Below, piece by piece: positions 55,276 through 63,335 of a DNA stretch of 64,000 nucleotides. Under the pieces are notes generated by a model. The model worked only from the letters and a program-made list of their open reading frames with translations. It was not told where the DNA came from and searched no databases. This DNA comes from an uncultured Christensenella sp. GTDB taxonomy: Bacteria > Bacillota > Clostridia > Christensenellales > UBA1242. Where the stretch lies: contig CASFQL010000012.1 in assembly GCA_949296965.1 (NCBI GenBank), forward strand, positions 36,259 through 100,258, read 5' to 3'. The translations under genes and the position numbers were made by a program. Each line of letters starts with the position of its first letter. The stretch's first letter is position 1.

Positions 55276-55305
55276 AAAGAGTTGTGTTATGCAACTCTTT
55301 TTTGT
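55276..55305 (+). terminator. Rho-independent terminator of the giant gene
   Basis: AAAGAGTTG (55276-55284) pairs with CAACTCTTT (55292-55300) around a 7-nt loop, followed by TTTTG. Confidence 0.8.
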
Positions 55306-55352
55306 TGTATTATATTTTTTTGCTAATTTTAGACATAATTATTTATAATAAT

Positions 55353-55384
55353 TTGTTGACAATTCAACAATTAAAGAGTATATT
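55353..55384 (+). promoter_or_regulatory. Sigma-A-type promoter (-35 TTGACA, 17-bp spacer, -10 TATATT) overlapped by the palindrome TTGTTGA-CAAT-TCAACAA; candidate MarR auto-operator
   Basis: TTGACA at 55356-55361 and TATATT at 55379-55384. Inverted-repeat arms at 55353-55359 and 55364-55370. Confidence 0.6.
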
Positions 55385-55405
55385 TCTAATAATTATAGAA
55401 TAATT

Positions 55406-55861
55406 ATGTTAAAGAAAGAAAAAGATATGGATAGATATAACAAATTTAATTCTTTACTTGCTCAAATAAATAGAAGTATAAATAGAATAAAAAATAGAGA
55501 GGCTAGTAAGTTAGGTATAAAAAGTTTTGCAATATCTACAATTTATATTTTGTTTGTTTATGGGCAAATTTGTGCAAAGGATATTGTAAAAATTAGTGGG
55601 GAAGATAAGTCGATAATTTCAAAGGCACTTAACTATTTAAAGAAGATTGAATTTATAGAGCATAATGTTGCCCAAGAAAAAAAATATGGTGCTTTAATTT
55701 CTCTTACTGATAGTGGGCGTTTAATTGGCTCTAAAATTCTTAATAAAATAAACCAAACTATTGCTAAGGCTGGTAGTGATTTTAATGATGATTCACGGGA
55801 AAGTTTTTATAATAGTTTGGAGTTAATTAGTGATAATTTAGAAAAGTTGGTAAATATTTAA
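55406..55861 (+). CDS. MarR-family transcriptional regulator
   Basis: 151-aa ORF. The start may instead be ATG 55427 (MDRYNKF), which follows a purine-rich stretch. wHTH region ICAKDIVKISGEDKSIISKALNYLKKIEFIEHN...KKYGALISLTDSG. Confidence 0.75.
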   Translation: MLKKEKDMDRYNKFNSLLAQINRSINRIKNREASKLGIKSFAISTIYILFVYGQICAKDIVKISGEDKSIISKALNYLKKIEFIEHNVAQEKKYGALISLTDSGRLIGSKILNKINQTIAKAGSDFNDDSRESFYNSLELISDNLEKLVNI

Positions 55862-55877
55862 AGGGGGATAAGTAAAA

Positions 55878-56726
55878 TTGTCAGTTAAAATTATTGTAGA
55901 TTCTGCTTCTGATATAGATACTAAGGAAGCAAAAAAACTTGGTATAGTTGTTATTCCTATGCAAGTTATAATGGATAATGAAGAATTTTTAAGCGGGGAA
56001 AATCTTTCAAACGAGGAGTTTTTTAGAAGGTTACCTGATTTAAAAAAAATGCCACAAACAACTCAAATTAATACATATAAGTTTGAAGAAGTTATCTCAA
56101 ATTGCTTAAAAGAGGATAATGACGAAGCAGTAGTGATAACACTATCTTCTAAATTTTCTGGGACTTATCAAAATGCACTAGAAGCAAGTAAGAGGTTTGG
56201 GGATAGAGTGTTTGTTGTCGACAGTCTTAATGTTAGTATTGGAGAAAGATTACTCTGTTTTTTAGCTATAAAACTTGTAAAAGAGGGCTATAAAGCAAAA
56301 GAAATTTATGAAATTTTAACAAAAGATAGGGGGAAAATAAAACTTTTTGCATTGCTTGATACTCTTAAATATCTAAAAAAAGGTGGAAGAATTTCAACTC
56401 TTATTGCCCTTGCTGGGGATATTTTTTCCATAAAGGCACTTGTTACGGTTATTGGTGGTGAAGCAAAAATAATTGCTCGTGCCATTGGTCAAAAAATGGG
56501 CTTTAATTTACTTAATAAATGTCTAAAATCTTCTAAGATTGATTATGAAAAACCTTATGGACTTATTACCTCAGGACAAGACGATACAACTCTTATTAAA
56601 TATTTAGAAAATAATAAGGAGGCAAAAGAGATTTTTAAAGATAAAGATAAAATTACTCTTGGGCCTGTTGTTGGGGCTCACATTGGACCAAATGGAGTTG
56701 GTTTTGCTTTTTTTGAAAAACAATAA
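55878..56726 (+). CDS. DegV-family fatty-acid-binding protein (FakB-like), second copy in the window
   Basis: TTG start behind GGGGG. N-terminus MSVKIIVDSASDI and motif LKYLKKGGRI. 282 aa. Confidence 0.85.
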   Translation: MSVKIIVDSASDIDTKEAKKLGIVVIPMQVIMDNEEFLSGENLSNEEFFRRLPDLKKMPQTTQINTYKFEEVISNCLKEDNDEAVVITLSSKFSGTYQNALEASKRFGDRVFVVDSLNVSIGERLLCFLAIKLVKEGYKAKEIYEILTKDRGKIKLFALLDTLKYLKKGGRISTLIALAGDIFSIKALVTVIGGEAKIIARAIGQKMGFNLLNKCLKSSKIDYEKPYGLITSGQDDTTLIKYLENNKEAKEIFKDKDKITLGPVVGAHIGPNGVGFAFFEKQ

Positions 56727-56741
56727 AAGAGAGATTTACAA

Positions 56742-57938
56742 ATGAATATTTTTAAAAAATTATATTGCAGAATTTATCAATTAGTTTTTAAGATTGCTAT
56801 TCCTTTTTTGCCTTATAGACAACCCAAATTATTAGAAAATTATGGAGATTTGTGTAATAAGTTAAAGGAAAGAAATTTTAACAAAGTTCTTATTGTTACG
56901 GATAATGGCTTGTATTCTCTCGGACTTTTAGATAATATTGAAAAAATTTTTAGACAAAACAATATTGATTTTGTAGTTTTTAAAGATACTGTCGCAAATC
57001 CTACTACTGATAATGTTGAAAATGCTAAAAAAATTTACCTAGAAAATAATTGTCAGGCTATTGTTGCTTTTGGGGGTGGTTCAAGCCTTGATTGTGCTAA
57101 GGCTGTTGGAGCAATGATTGCTAAACCTAAAAAGTCGTTATATCAAATGAAAGGCTTGTTAAAAGTAAGAAAAAAGTTACCTATGTTGGTTGCTATTCCT
57201 ACTACGGCTGGGACTGGTAGTGAAACGACGCTTGCTTGCGTGATAACTGATAGTAAAACTAGACATAAGTATGTTATAAATGATTTTTGTTTGATACCTG
57301 AGTTTTGTATTTTAGATGCAAGTTTAACTATTAATTTACCTAAAAACATTACTGCTACAACGGGTATGGACGCTTTAACTCATGCAGTAGAGGCTTATAT
57401 AGGTAGAAGCACTACTACTTCAACTAGAAAATATTCGCTTGAAGCAATAAAACTTATTTTTGAAAATTTAGAAAAAGTTTATAATAATCCAAATGACTTA
57501 GTTGCTAGGCAAAATATGCTTAAAGCCTCTTATCTTGCAGGACTTGCCTTCACAAAATCTTATGTTGGATATGTTCATGCTATAGCACACTCCCTTGGGG
57601 GAAAATATAATGTTCCTCACGGGCTTGCAAATGCAATAATTCTTCCTAAAATGTTAATAAAATATGGAAAATGTGTATATAAAAAGCTGTCTAAAATTGC
57701 TAAACATGTAGGGATTGCATCTAAAAACACAACAAATAAAGTTGCTTCGACTATATTTATAAACAAAATATTTGAAATGAATAAAAATATGAATATCCCT
57801 ACAAAAATTGAGCAAATAAAACTTCACGATATTAATTTGCTTGCAAGTTATGCTGATAAAGAAGCAAATCCTTTATATCCTGTTCCAAAATTGTTTGATA
57901 AAAATCAACTTGCTAAATTTTATTATGATTTAGTTTAG
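56742..57938 (+). CDS. Iron-containing (group III) alcohol dehydrogenase
   Basis: 398 aa. GGGSSLDCAKAV nucleotide-binding motif. Metal-binding histidines in DALTHAVEAY and HAIAHSLGGKYNVPHG. Confidence 0.85.
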   Translation: MNIFKKLYCRIYQLVFKIAIPFLPYRQPKLLENYGDLCNKLKERNFNKVLIVTDNGLYSLGLLDNIEKIFRQNNIDFVVFKDTVANPTTDNVENAKKIYLENNCQAIVAFGGGSSLDCAKAVGAMIAKPKKSLYQMKGLLKVRKKLPMLVAIPTTAGTGSETTLACVITDSKTRHKYVINDFCLIPEFCILDASLTINLPKNITATTGMDALTHAVEAYIGRSTTTSTRKYSLEAIKLIFENLEKVYNNPNDLVARQNMLKASYLAGLAFTKSYVGYVHAIAHSLGGKYNVPHGLANAIILPKMLIKYGKCVYKKLSKIAKHVGIASKNTTNKVASTIFINKIFEMNKNMNIPTKIEQIKLHDINLLASYADKEANPLYPVPKLFDKNQLAKFYYDLV

Positions 57939-57991
57939 TTTATGTTGTTTACATTATATTTTTTTATTTTATTTATAATATTTTTTATTTC

Positions 57992-58042
57992 TATTTATAA
58001 CATTTATTTATAACATTTATTTATAACATTTATTTATAACAT
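57992..58042. repeat. 13-nt microsatellite (TTATTTATAACAT) x about 4
   Basis: CTATTTATAACATTTATTTATAACATTTATTTATAACATTTATTTATAACAT, read directly from the sequence. Confidence 0.8.
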
Positions 58043-58073
58043 TTTTTATTTATTTTAGTTGTTTTTTGTTTAA

Positions 58074-58168
58074 GGCTCTGTGCGGTAAAAATTTTCTTAA
58101 AAATTTTTACTATGAAGTTTCAAATATTGAAACTTCATAAAAAAGTGAAACTTTTTTTGCACAGAGCC
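58074..58168 (+). ncRNA. Copy 1 of a ~95-nt multi-stem (closing stem plus three hairpins) repeated element; possible structured RNA, complex terminator or MITE/REP-like repeat
   Basis: The closing stem pairs GGCTCTGTGC (58074-58083) with GCACAGAGCC (58159-58168). Hairpin 1 pairs GTAAAAATT with AATTTTTAC (58085-58110). Hairpin 2 pairs ATGAAGTTTCAA with TTGAAACTTCAT (58112-58138). Hairpin 3 is AAAAAGT-GAA-ACTTTTT. A T-rich tract follows. A second copy lies at 61565-61663. Confidence 0.45.
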
Positions 58169-58286
58169 GTTTTATTTTTTAGTTGTATGACGCTAAATAA
58201 GTTTTGTAAGTTTTTTAAGTTTTTTAATTTTTTTTCCTAATATAATTTCCTTGACATTATTAACTTTAAAACAATATAATTTTTTT

Positions 58287-58799
58287 ATGCAAAAAGTTAA
58301 TGTAAACTTATTAAAAACTTGTTGTTTTACAGGTCCAAGGAGTCAAAATTTACCTTGGAAATTTAATGAAAACGATGACAGATATTTTATGTTAAGAGAT
58401 AATACAAAAGAAAAAATAAAATTGGCAATTACGCTTGGATATGAATATTTTTTATGTGGTATGGCTCTTGGCTTTGACATGATGTGTGCTGAAATTGTTA
58501 TAGAATTAAAAAATCAATTTCCTAGAATAAAATTGTGTGCTATCTTACCTTGTAAAAACCAAGAAGTTAGATGGAATGAGAAATTACAAACAAGATATAA
58601 AAATCTTTTAGAAAATTGTGACAATATTTTTTATGTTAATGAAGAATTTACTGAAAATTGTATGTTAGAAAGAAACAAATATATGGTGGACAATTCTTCT
58701 CTTGTGATTGCATATAGTAATAGTTTTAAGGGTGGAACAAAGTATACAGTAAATTATGCCTTAAAGCAAGGTATAAACATTTTTCAAATAAAAATATAA
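58287..58799 (+). CDS. SLOG-family DUF1273 protein (YpsA-like)
   Basis: The best start is ATG 58287 (MQKVNVN). Pattern CCFTGPR...LGYEYFLCGMALGFDMMCAEIVIELKNQFPRIKLCAILPC..Q...W......Y..LL..CD.....ERNKYMVDNSSLVIAY....GGT. The assignment is by motif recall. Confidence 0.55.
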   Translation: MQKVNVNLLKTCCFTGPRSQNLPWKFNENDDRYFMLRDNTKEKIKLAITLGYEYFLCGMALGFDMMCAEIVIELKNQFPRIKLCAILPCKNQEVRWNEKLQTRYKNLLENCDNIFYVNEEFTENCMLERNKYMVDNSSLVIAYSNSFKGGTKYTVNYALKQGINIFQIKI

Positions 58800-59028
58800 T
58801 TATTCTTTTTGATTATTTTATTATAATATAAAAATTTATTTTTAATCATTTATTTGCTTTAAAAAATTTTTTATAATCAAATAAAAAACTTTACAAGATT
58901 AAAAATAAAGCGAAAATCTAAATTTTATATATAAAAATTAAAACAAAAAAATTTAAAACCCTAAAAATTTTATTGTCAAAGTTTTTAATTTATGATATTA
59001 TTTTCAGCGTAGGGGAAAATTTAATAAT

Positions 59029-59721
59029 ATGTATAGACATTTTTTTAAAAGATTTTTTGATATATGTATATCTGGGGTAGCACTACTATTATTATGGCCG
59101 GTAATGATTATAGTTGCGATATTAGTTAAAATTAAACTTGGCGGACCTGTAATATTTTCACAATATAGGCCGGGGAAAAATAATAAGATTTTTAAATTTT
59201 ATAAATTTAGAAGTATGACTAACGAAAAAGATGAGAATGGCAATCTTCTTCCAGACAATGTTCGACTTACTAAGTTTGGAAAATTACTTAGGAAGACAAG
59301 CCTTGATGAATTACCTCAACTTTGGAATATTTTGAAAGGGGATATGTCAATTATTGGGCCAAGGCCTAAACTTGTTAAGGATATGGTTTTTTATAATGAA
59401 GAACAAAATATAAGAAGTAAAGTTTTGCCAGGGCTTACAGGGCTTGCACAAGTTAATGGTAGGAATAATATCACTTGGGAAGAACTTTTTGAGTATGATA
59501 AAGAGTATGTTGAAAAACTAAATTTTTGGCTAGATGTTAAGATATTTTTTAAAACAATTGTTAAAGTTTTTAAAAGAGCGGATATTGTCGAACAGGATAA
59601 AACTAAACAAAATTATTATTATGGAGATTACCTTTTAGAAACTGACCAAATTAAAGAAGATGAATATAACAAAAAAATAAAAGAGGCAAATGATATTATA
59701 GAAGAACAAAAATTCAGTTAA
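59029..59721 (+). CDS. Small monotopic initiating sugar-phosphate transferase (bacterial sugar transferase family, PglC/EpsL-like)
   Basis: 230 aa. N-terminal re-entrant helix CISGVALLLLWPVMIIVAILV. Motifs GGPVIFSQYRPG, DELPQLWNILKGDMSIIGPRP and PGLTGLAQVNGRN. Confidence 0.85.
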   Translation: MYRHFFKRFFDICISGVALLLLWPVMIIVAILVKIKLGGPVIFSQYRPGKNNKIFKFYKFRSMTNEKDENGNLLPDNVRLTKFGKLLRKTSLDELPQLWNILKGDMSIIGPRPKLVKDMVFYNEEQNIRSKVLPGLTGLAQVNGRNNITWEELFEYDKEYVEKLNFWLDVKIFFKTIVKVFKRADIVEQDKTKQNYYYGDYLLETDQIKEDEYNKKIKEANDIIEEQKFS

Positions 59722-59757
59722 TTTGTGACTAGTATATTAATAATTTTTATGTTTAAC

Positions 59758-59800
59758 CTAAATATGATAGACATTTAATGTTTATCATATTTAGTTTTTT
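59758..59800 (+). terminator. Hairpin followed by a T-run after the sugar transferase gene
   Basis: CTAAATATGATA (59758-59769) pairs with TATCATATTTAG (59783-59794), followed by TTTTTT. The flippase gene starts only 16 nt later, so read-through or attenuation is possible. Confidence 0.55.
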
Positions 59801-59815
59801 AAAATAGGGAAAACA

Positions 59816-61495
59816 ATGGGTAGAATACAAAATGTAAAAAAAATAACTATATTTGGATTTGTTAAATACTTCATTCAATTAGTGCTAAAATTTATTTTAC
59901 AGTCCGTTATCATCAAGTATATGGGTGATAATTATGTTGGTGTAAATGGTCTTTTTAGCAATGTTTTTAGTTTACTTAATTTGGCTGAACTTGGGATAGG
60001 TAGTGCAATAGTTTTTAGTATGTATAAACCTATTGCTGAAAATGATATTGAAAAGGTTAAGGCTCTCAATAATTTATATAAGAAGTTTTATATTTATATT
60101 GCTGTAATTGTTTCTATAATTGGCGTTGCAATTACCCCTTTTTTGCCATATGTAGTTACACAACAGGGCATAGAAGTAAATATTTACATTATTTACTTGA
60201 TGTTCCTTTTTAATATGGTTATTGGCTATCTTTCAGCACATAAGCGTTCGCTTTTATTTGCCTATCAAAAAAATGATGTTGAACTAAAAATTAAATCTTT
60301 AGTTTTAATTATAACTACTATATTGCAAATTATTTGTATAGTTCTTTTTAAAAACTATTATGTTCACGCATCTATTATGATATTTGGAACTATATTAGAT
60401 TGTATTGTTGTTCAGGTAAGTGCTAATAAATTATATCCACAAATTAACGGTAAAAGTGAAGCATTAGACGATGCAACAAAAAAAGAAATAACAAAAAATG
60501 TTAAAGCCACTTTTTTGCATAAAATAGGCTCAGCACTTGTAGTTTCAACTGATAATATTTTGATTCTAAATTTTGGGGCAGTCGCTTATTTTGCTATTTA
60601 TGACGCTTGGGACCTTTTGGGATATTACTCTAACTATATCTTAATTTGTGACAGTTTAATTTTGTTTTTTAGTCTAATTATTAACGGACTTAAAGCAAGC
60701 GTGGGTAACTATATTGCAGAAAAGTCAACTCAACAAGTCTATGAATATTACAAAAAATTAAATTTTGTTTTTTCGTGGTTAATAGGGTTCTGTGCTATTT
60801 GTCTAATTTGTCTTTTCCAGCCGTTTATCTATCTTTGGAGAGTTGATATTGCTAGCAGTAGTGGGATTCTTTTACCAGATGTCACTGTCTTGTTGATTGT
60901 TATTAGTTTCTTCTTAACAAGAATGAGGTCAAATACTAATATGTTCAAAGATTGTGCTGGCCTTATGTGGAACGATAGATGGAAACCTATTGCTGAAAGT
61001 GTGGTTAATTTAGTCGCCTCTATTCTACTTGCAAAATTTATTGGACTTGATGGAATTATTTTAGGAACAATTATAAGCACTCTTGTTGCACCTTTCTGGG
61101 TTGAGCCTGTCGTCCTTCATAAATATTATTTTAAAATATCTTCAAAATCCTATTTTTTAAGTTACTTTATTTTTGTTGTAGTAACAGCCTTAACGGGTGG
61201 ATTGTGCTATTATCTTTGTAGTTTGTTGCCTTTCTATGGTATTGGTTGGTTTATTATTAAATGCTTTATTTGTGCTATTTTACCAAACTTAATCTTCTTA
61301 TTAGTATTTTGTAAAACTAAGATTTTTAGAGAAACGATAAATCTTGCTAAATCTATTTTATTTTCAAAGAAATCAAGCGTTAAGTCAAAAAAGAAAAAAG
61401 TGGAAACAATTAATAGTATAAAAGAAAATATTGAGAAAGATAATATTGTTGAAGTTAACTCTACTGAAAGTATTGAAGATGTTAATTTGGAGTAA
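59816..61495 (+). CDS. Wzx-like oligosaccharide/polysaccharide flippase (MOP superfamily) with a charged C-terminal tail
   Basis: 559 aa with about 12-14 hydrophobic helices. N-terminal region VGVNGLFSNVFSLLNLAELGIGSAIVF is typical of polysaccharide-biosynthesis (PST) family proteins. The C-terminus SKKSSVKSKKKKVE... is hydrophilic. Confidence 0.7.
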   Translation: MGRIQNVKKITIFGFVKYFIQLVLKFILQSVIIKYMGDNYVGVNGLFSNVFSLLNLAELGIGSAIVFSMYKPIAENDIEKVKALNNLYKKFYIYIAVIVSIIGVAITPFLPYVVTQQGIEVNIYIIYLMFLFNMVIGYLSAHKRSLLFAYQKNDVELKIKSLVLIITTILQIICIVLFKNYYVHASIMIFGTILDCIVVQVSANKLYPQINGKSEALDDATKKEITKNVKATFLHKIGSALVVSTDNILILNFGAVAYFAIYDAWDLLGYYSNYILICDSLILFFSLIINGLKASVGNYIAEKSTQQVYEYYKKLNFVFSWLIGFCAICLICLFQPFIYLWRVDIASSSGILLPDVTVLLIVISFFLTRMRSNTNMFKDCAGLMWNDRWKPIAESVVNLVASILLAKFIGLDGIILGTIISTLVAPFWVEPVVLHKYYFKISSKSYFLSYFIFVVVTALTGGLCYYLCSLLPFYGIGWFIIKCFICAILPNLIFLLVFCKTKIFRETINLAKSILFSKKSSVKSKKKKVETINSIKENIEKDNIVEVNSTESIEDVNLE

Positions 61496-61564
61496 AATTA
61501 TTTTAATTAGGAATTATTAAGTAAATTTTTTATCTTTTTGCAAGTGTTTGAAATGAAAATAAAC

Positions 61565-61663
61565 GGAACTTTGTGCTGTAAAAATTTGTGAACAAATTTT
61601 TACTATGAAATTTTAAAAGATTTAAAATTTTATACAAAAGTGAAACTTTTGGCACAAAGTTCT
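61565..61663 (+). ncRNA. Copy 2 of the multi-stem repeated element
   Basis: The closing stem pairs GAACTTTGTGC (61566-61576) with GCACAAAGTTC (61652-61662). Hairpin 1 pairs GTAAAAATTTG with CAAATTTTTAC. Hairpin 2 pairs ATGAAATTTTAAA with TTTAAAATTTTAT (one G-T pair). The conserved AAAAGTGAAACTTTT is present, and TTTTT follows. Confidence 0.45.
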
Positions 61664-61810
61664 TTTTAGTGTAGTAGCATAGTGATAGAAAATAAAATAA
61701 ATTGAAAAAACATAGAAAAATTTAGTTCTATAAATCTTTTATTGATAATTAAATATTTTAATTATTTAAAAATTGAATTTATTGCAATGTCAAAATCTTT
61801 AAAAATTAGC

Positions 61811-61856
61811 AAAAACAAAAGGAACTCTACACATAAAAGTAAAGTTCCTTTTTTAT
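61811..61856 (-). terminator. Rho-independent terminator of the cupin gene (usable in both directions)
   Basis: AAAAGGAACT (61817-61826) pairs with AGTTCCTTTT (61844-61853). A and T runs lie on both sides. Confidence 0.65.
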
Positions 61857-61896
61857 TAATTTTTTAAACAAAAGACTAATGATAATATTTTTCTAT

Positions 61897-62331
61897 TTAA
61901 TCACCTTCTGCATCAGAATCTGCTTTTGTTTTGTGAATTGTGCCATAAGGGTGATGAGGGGGAGCATAAATTGAATATAATTTCAAAGCATTTTCGCCAA
62001 CATTTACGACATTATGCCAAGTGCCTGCTGGAATAAAAATTGCATCTCCACTACTAACTCTTTTTTGAAAATTTAGTTTATCTTTATTTTGTCCCATAAA
62101 GACTAAACCTTGCCCTTGTTCAATTCTTAGGAATTGGTCGTCATCTGGGTGAACTTCAAGCCCAATTTCTCCCCTTTGAGGGATACACATTAAAGTTAAT
62201 TGTAAATGTTCTCCTGTCCAAAGAGTTCTTCTAAAATATTGATTTTGTAGTGTTTGGCGGGCAATATTTGTAACATATGGTTCTGGCCCGTAATCAGTAG
62301 TGTCATTAGTTATTCTACTAAATAAATCCAC
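61897..62331 (-). CDS. Cupin-domain protein
   Basis: 144 aa. Cupin motifs GLEVHPDDDQFLRIEQGQG and GDAIFIPAGTWHNVVNVG. The gene is noticeably less AT-rich than its neighbours. Confidence 0.7.
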   Translation of the reverse strand: MDLFSRITNDTTDYGPEPYVTNIARQTLQNQYFRRTLWTGEHLQLTLMCIPQRGEIGLEVHPDDDQFLRIEQGQGLVFMGQNKDKLNFQKRVSSGDAIFIPAGTWHNVVNVGENALKLYSIYAPPHHPYGTIHKTKADSDAEGD

Positions 62332-62648
62332 AATAATCTCTCCTTATTAAAATTTTACTAGTTTTATTTATGAAAAATCATATTTATTTGTTAATAATTA
62401 ACTAATAGAATTTTTTTAAAAGAAAGAATTATAAATTTATGATACATTATAGTAAAATGTGTTTATTTATAATTAATAACTATAAAATTGCCATATTTTT
62501 GAAGATATTAAAATTACAAAAGAAATGTATATGGTTAAATATTTATAATTAAAATACTTATTAAATTTTAATTGTAGAATAACTTACTTTAACTTATTAG
62601 TAAATAAAATATTTTACTTTTTTGATAGAATGTAATATAATAAATAAT

Positions 62649-63146
62649 ATGAAACAATTAAATAAAGATATTAAAAGGTTATTTACTTTTTGTTTATTAT
62701 CTTCCTTTCTATTTGTGATAGGGATACCTCTAATTCCTATTTTTGCAGGTAAAAGTTGGATTATTATGACTTTGGGTATTGTATTTGTAGTATTTGGTTT
62801 TTATGGTATGCCTATTTTATGGGTAAATTTTGCATCATTTAAAGGACTTAAAAGGGTGGTGGAAGCAGTTGAAGAAGAAAATTTATATACAAATAGCGAA
62901 ATTGCTATGCATTTACAAATTAATGAAAGGCAGGTTTATGAAAACATAAAAAAGGCAATTAATAAAAAATATTTAGTGGGTTATAAGTATGATGGGAAAA
63001 CATTAGATGTAAATAAAAATAAAGAGAAAAAAGTTGTTTTACATAAAAAAGTTTGTAAAAATTGTGGCGGAAAGTTAGAAAAAGTAGGCGATAGTTGGCA
63101 TTGTCCATATTGTGGAGTTGAATTTTCTTTTGAGCAAATTGATTAA
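62649..63146 (+). CDS. Hypothetical membrane protein with two TM helices and a C-terminal zinc ribbon
   Basis: The best start is ATG 62649 (MKQLNKD). Helices FTFCLLSSFLFVIGIPLIPIFA and IIMTLGIVFVVFGFYGMPILWV. C-terminal CKNCGG...CPYCG. Confidence 0.55.
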   Translation: MKQLNKDIKRLFTFCLLSSFLFVIGIPLIPIFAGKSWIIMTLGIVFVVFGFYGMPILWVNFASFKGLKRVVEAVEEENLYTNSEIAMHLQINERQVYENIKKAINKKYLVGYKYDGKTLDVNKNKEKKVVLHKKVCKNCGGKLEKVGDSWHCPYCGVEFSFEQID

Positions 63147-63240
63147 AAATGTTTTAATTTAAAAATTAATTTTTTTACTATTTTAAGTAAAGAGCAATTA
63201 ACTTTTTTGAAATAAAAATTATAATTATATTTAAAAAAAT

Positions 63241-63285
63241 AAAAAAACACACTATTTTTACTGTTAAAAAAATAGTGTGTTTTTA
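63241..63285. terminator. Bidirectional terminator between convergent genes
   Basis: ACACACTATTTTT (63247-63259) pairs with AAAAATAGTGTGT (63268-63280), flanked by an A-run and a T-run. Confidence 0.7.
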
Positions 63286-63335
63286 GGTTGTGAGAGTTTA
63301 AAAATTAATTGTTAATTTTTTTAATAAAGTCTTAA

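Noticed and set aside
58074-58168. The cloverleaf-like multi-stem element as a tRNA or tRNA-like gene.
   Set aside because: The stem lengths (10, 9, 12 and 5-7 bp) and loop sizes (3-nt loops) do not fit tRNA geometry. There are no conserved T-loop or D-loop residues and no anticodon loop of 7 nt.
972-61080. ORF-track entries lying antisense or out of frame inside well-supported flanking genes: 972-1253+, 2031-2243-, 3202-3504+, 3994-4230+, 4250-4540+, 8069-8323+, 9021-9260-, 9719-10084+, 14013-14225-, 14125-14307+, 14483-14779-, 15512-15784-, 17559-17783+, 18422-18643+, 18833-19054+, 57143-57349-, 60829-61080-.
   Set aside because: Each is fully or largely embedded in a longer ORF that has clear family motifs. 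Their translations are low-complexity or hydrophobic noise with no RBS or motif. Such shadow ORFs are expected in AT-rich DNA.
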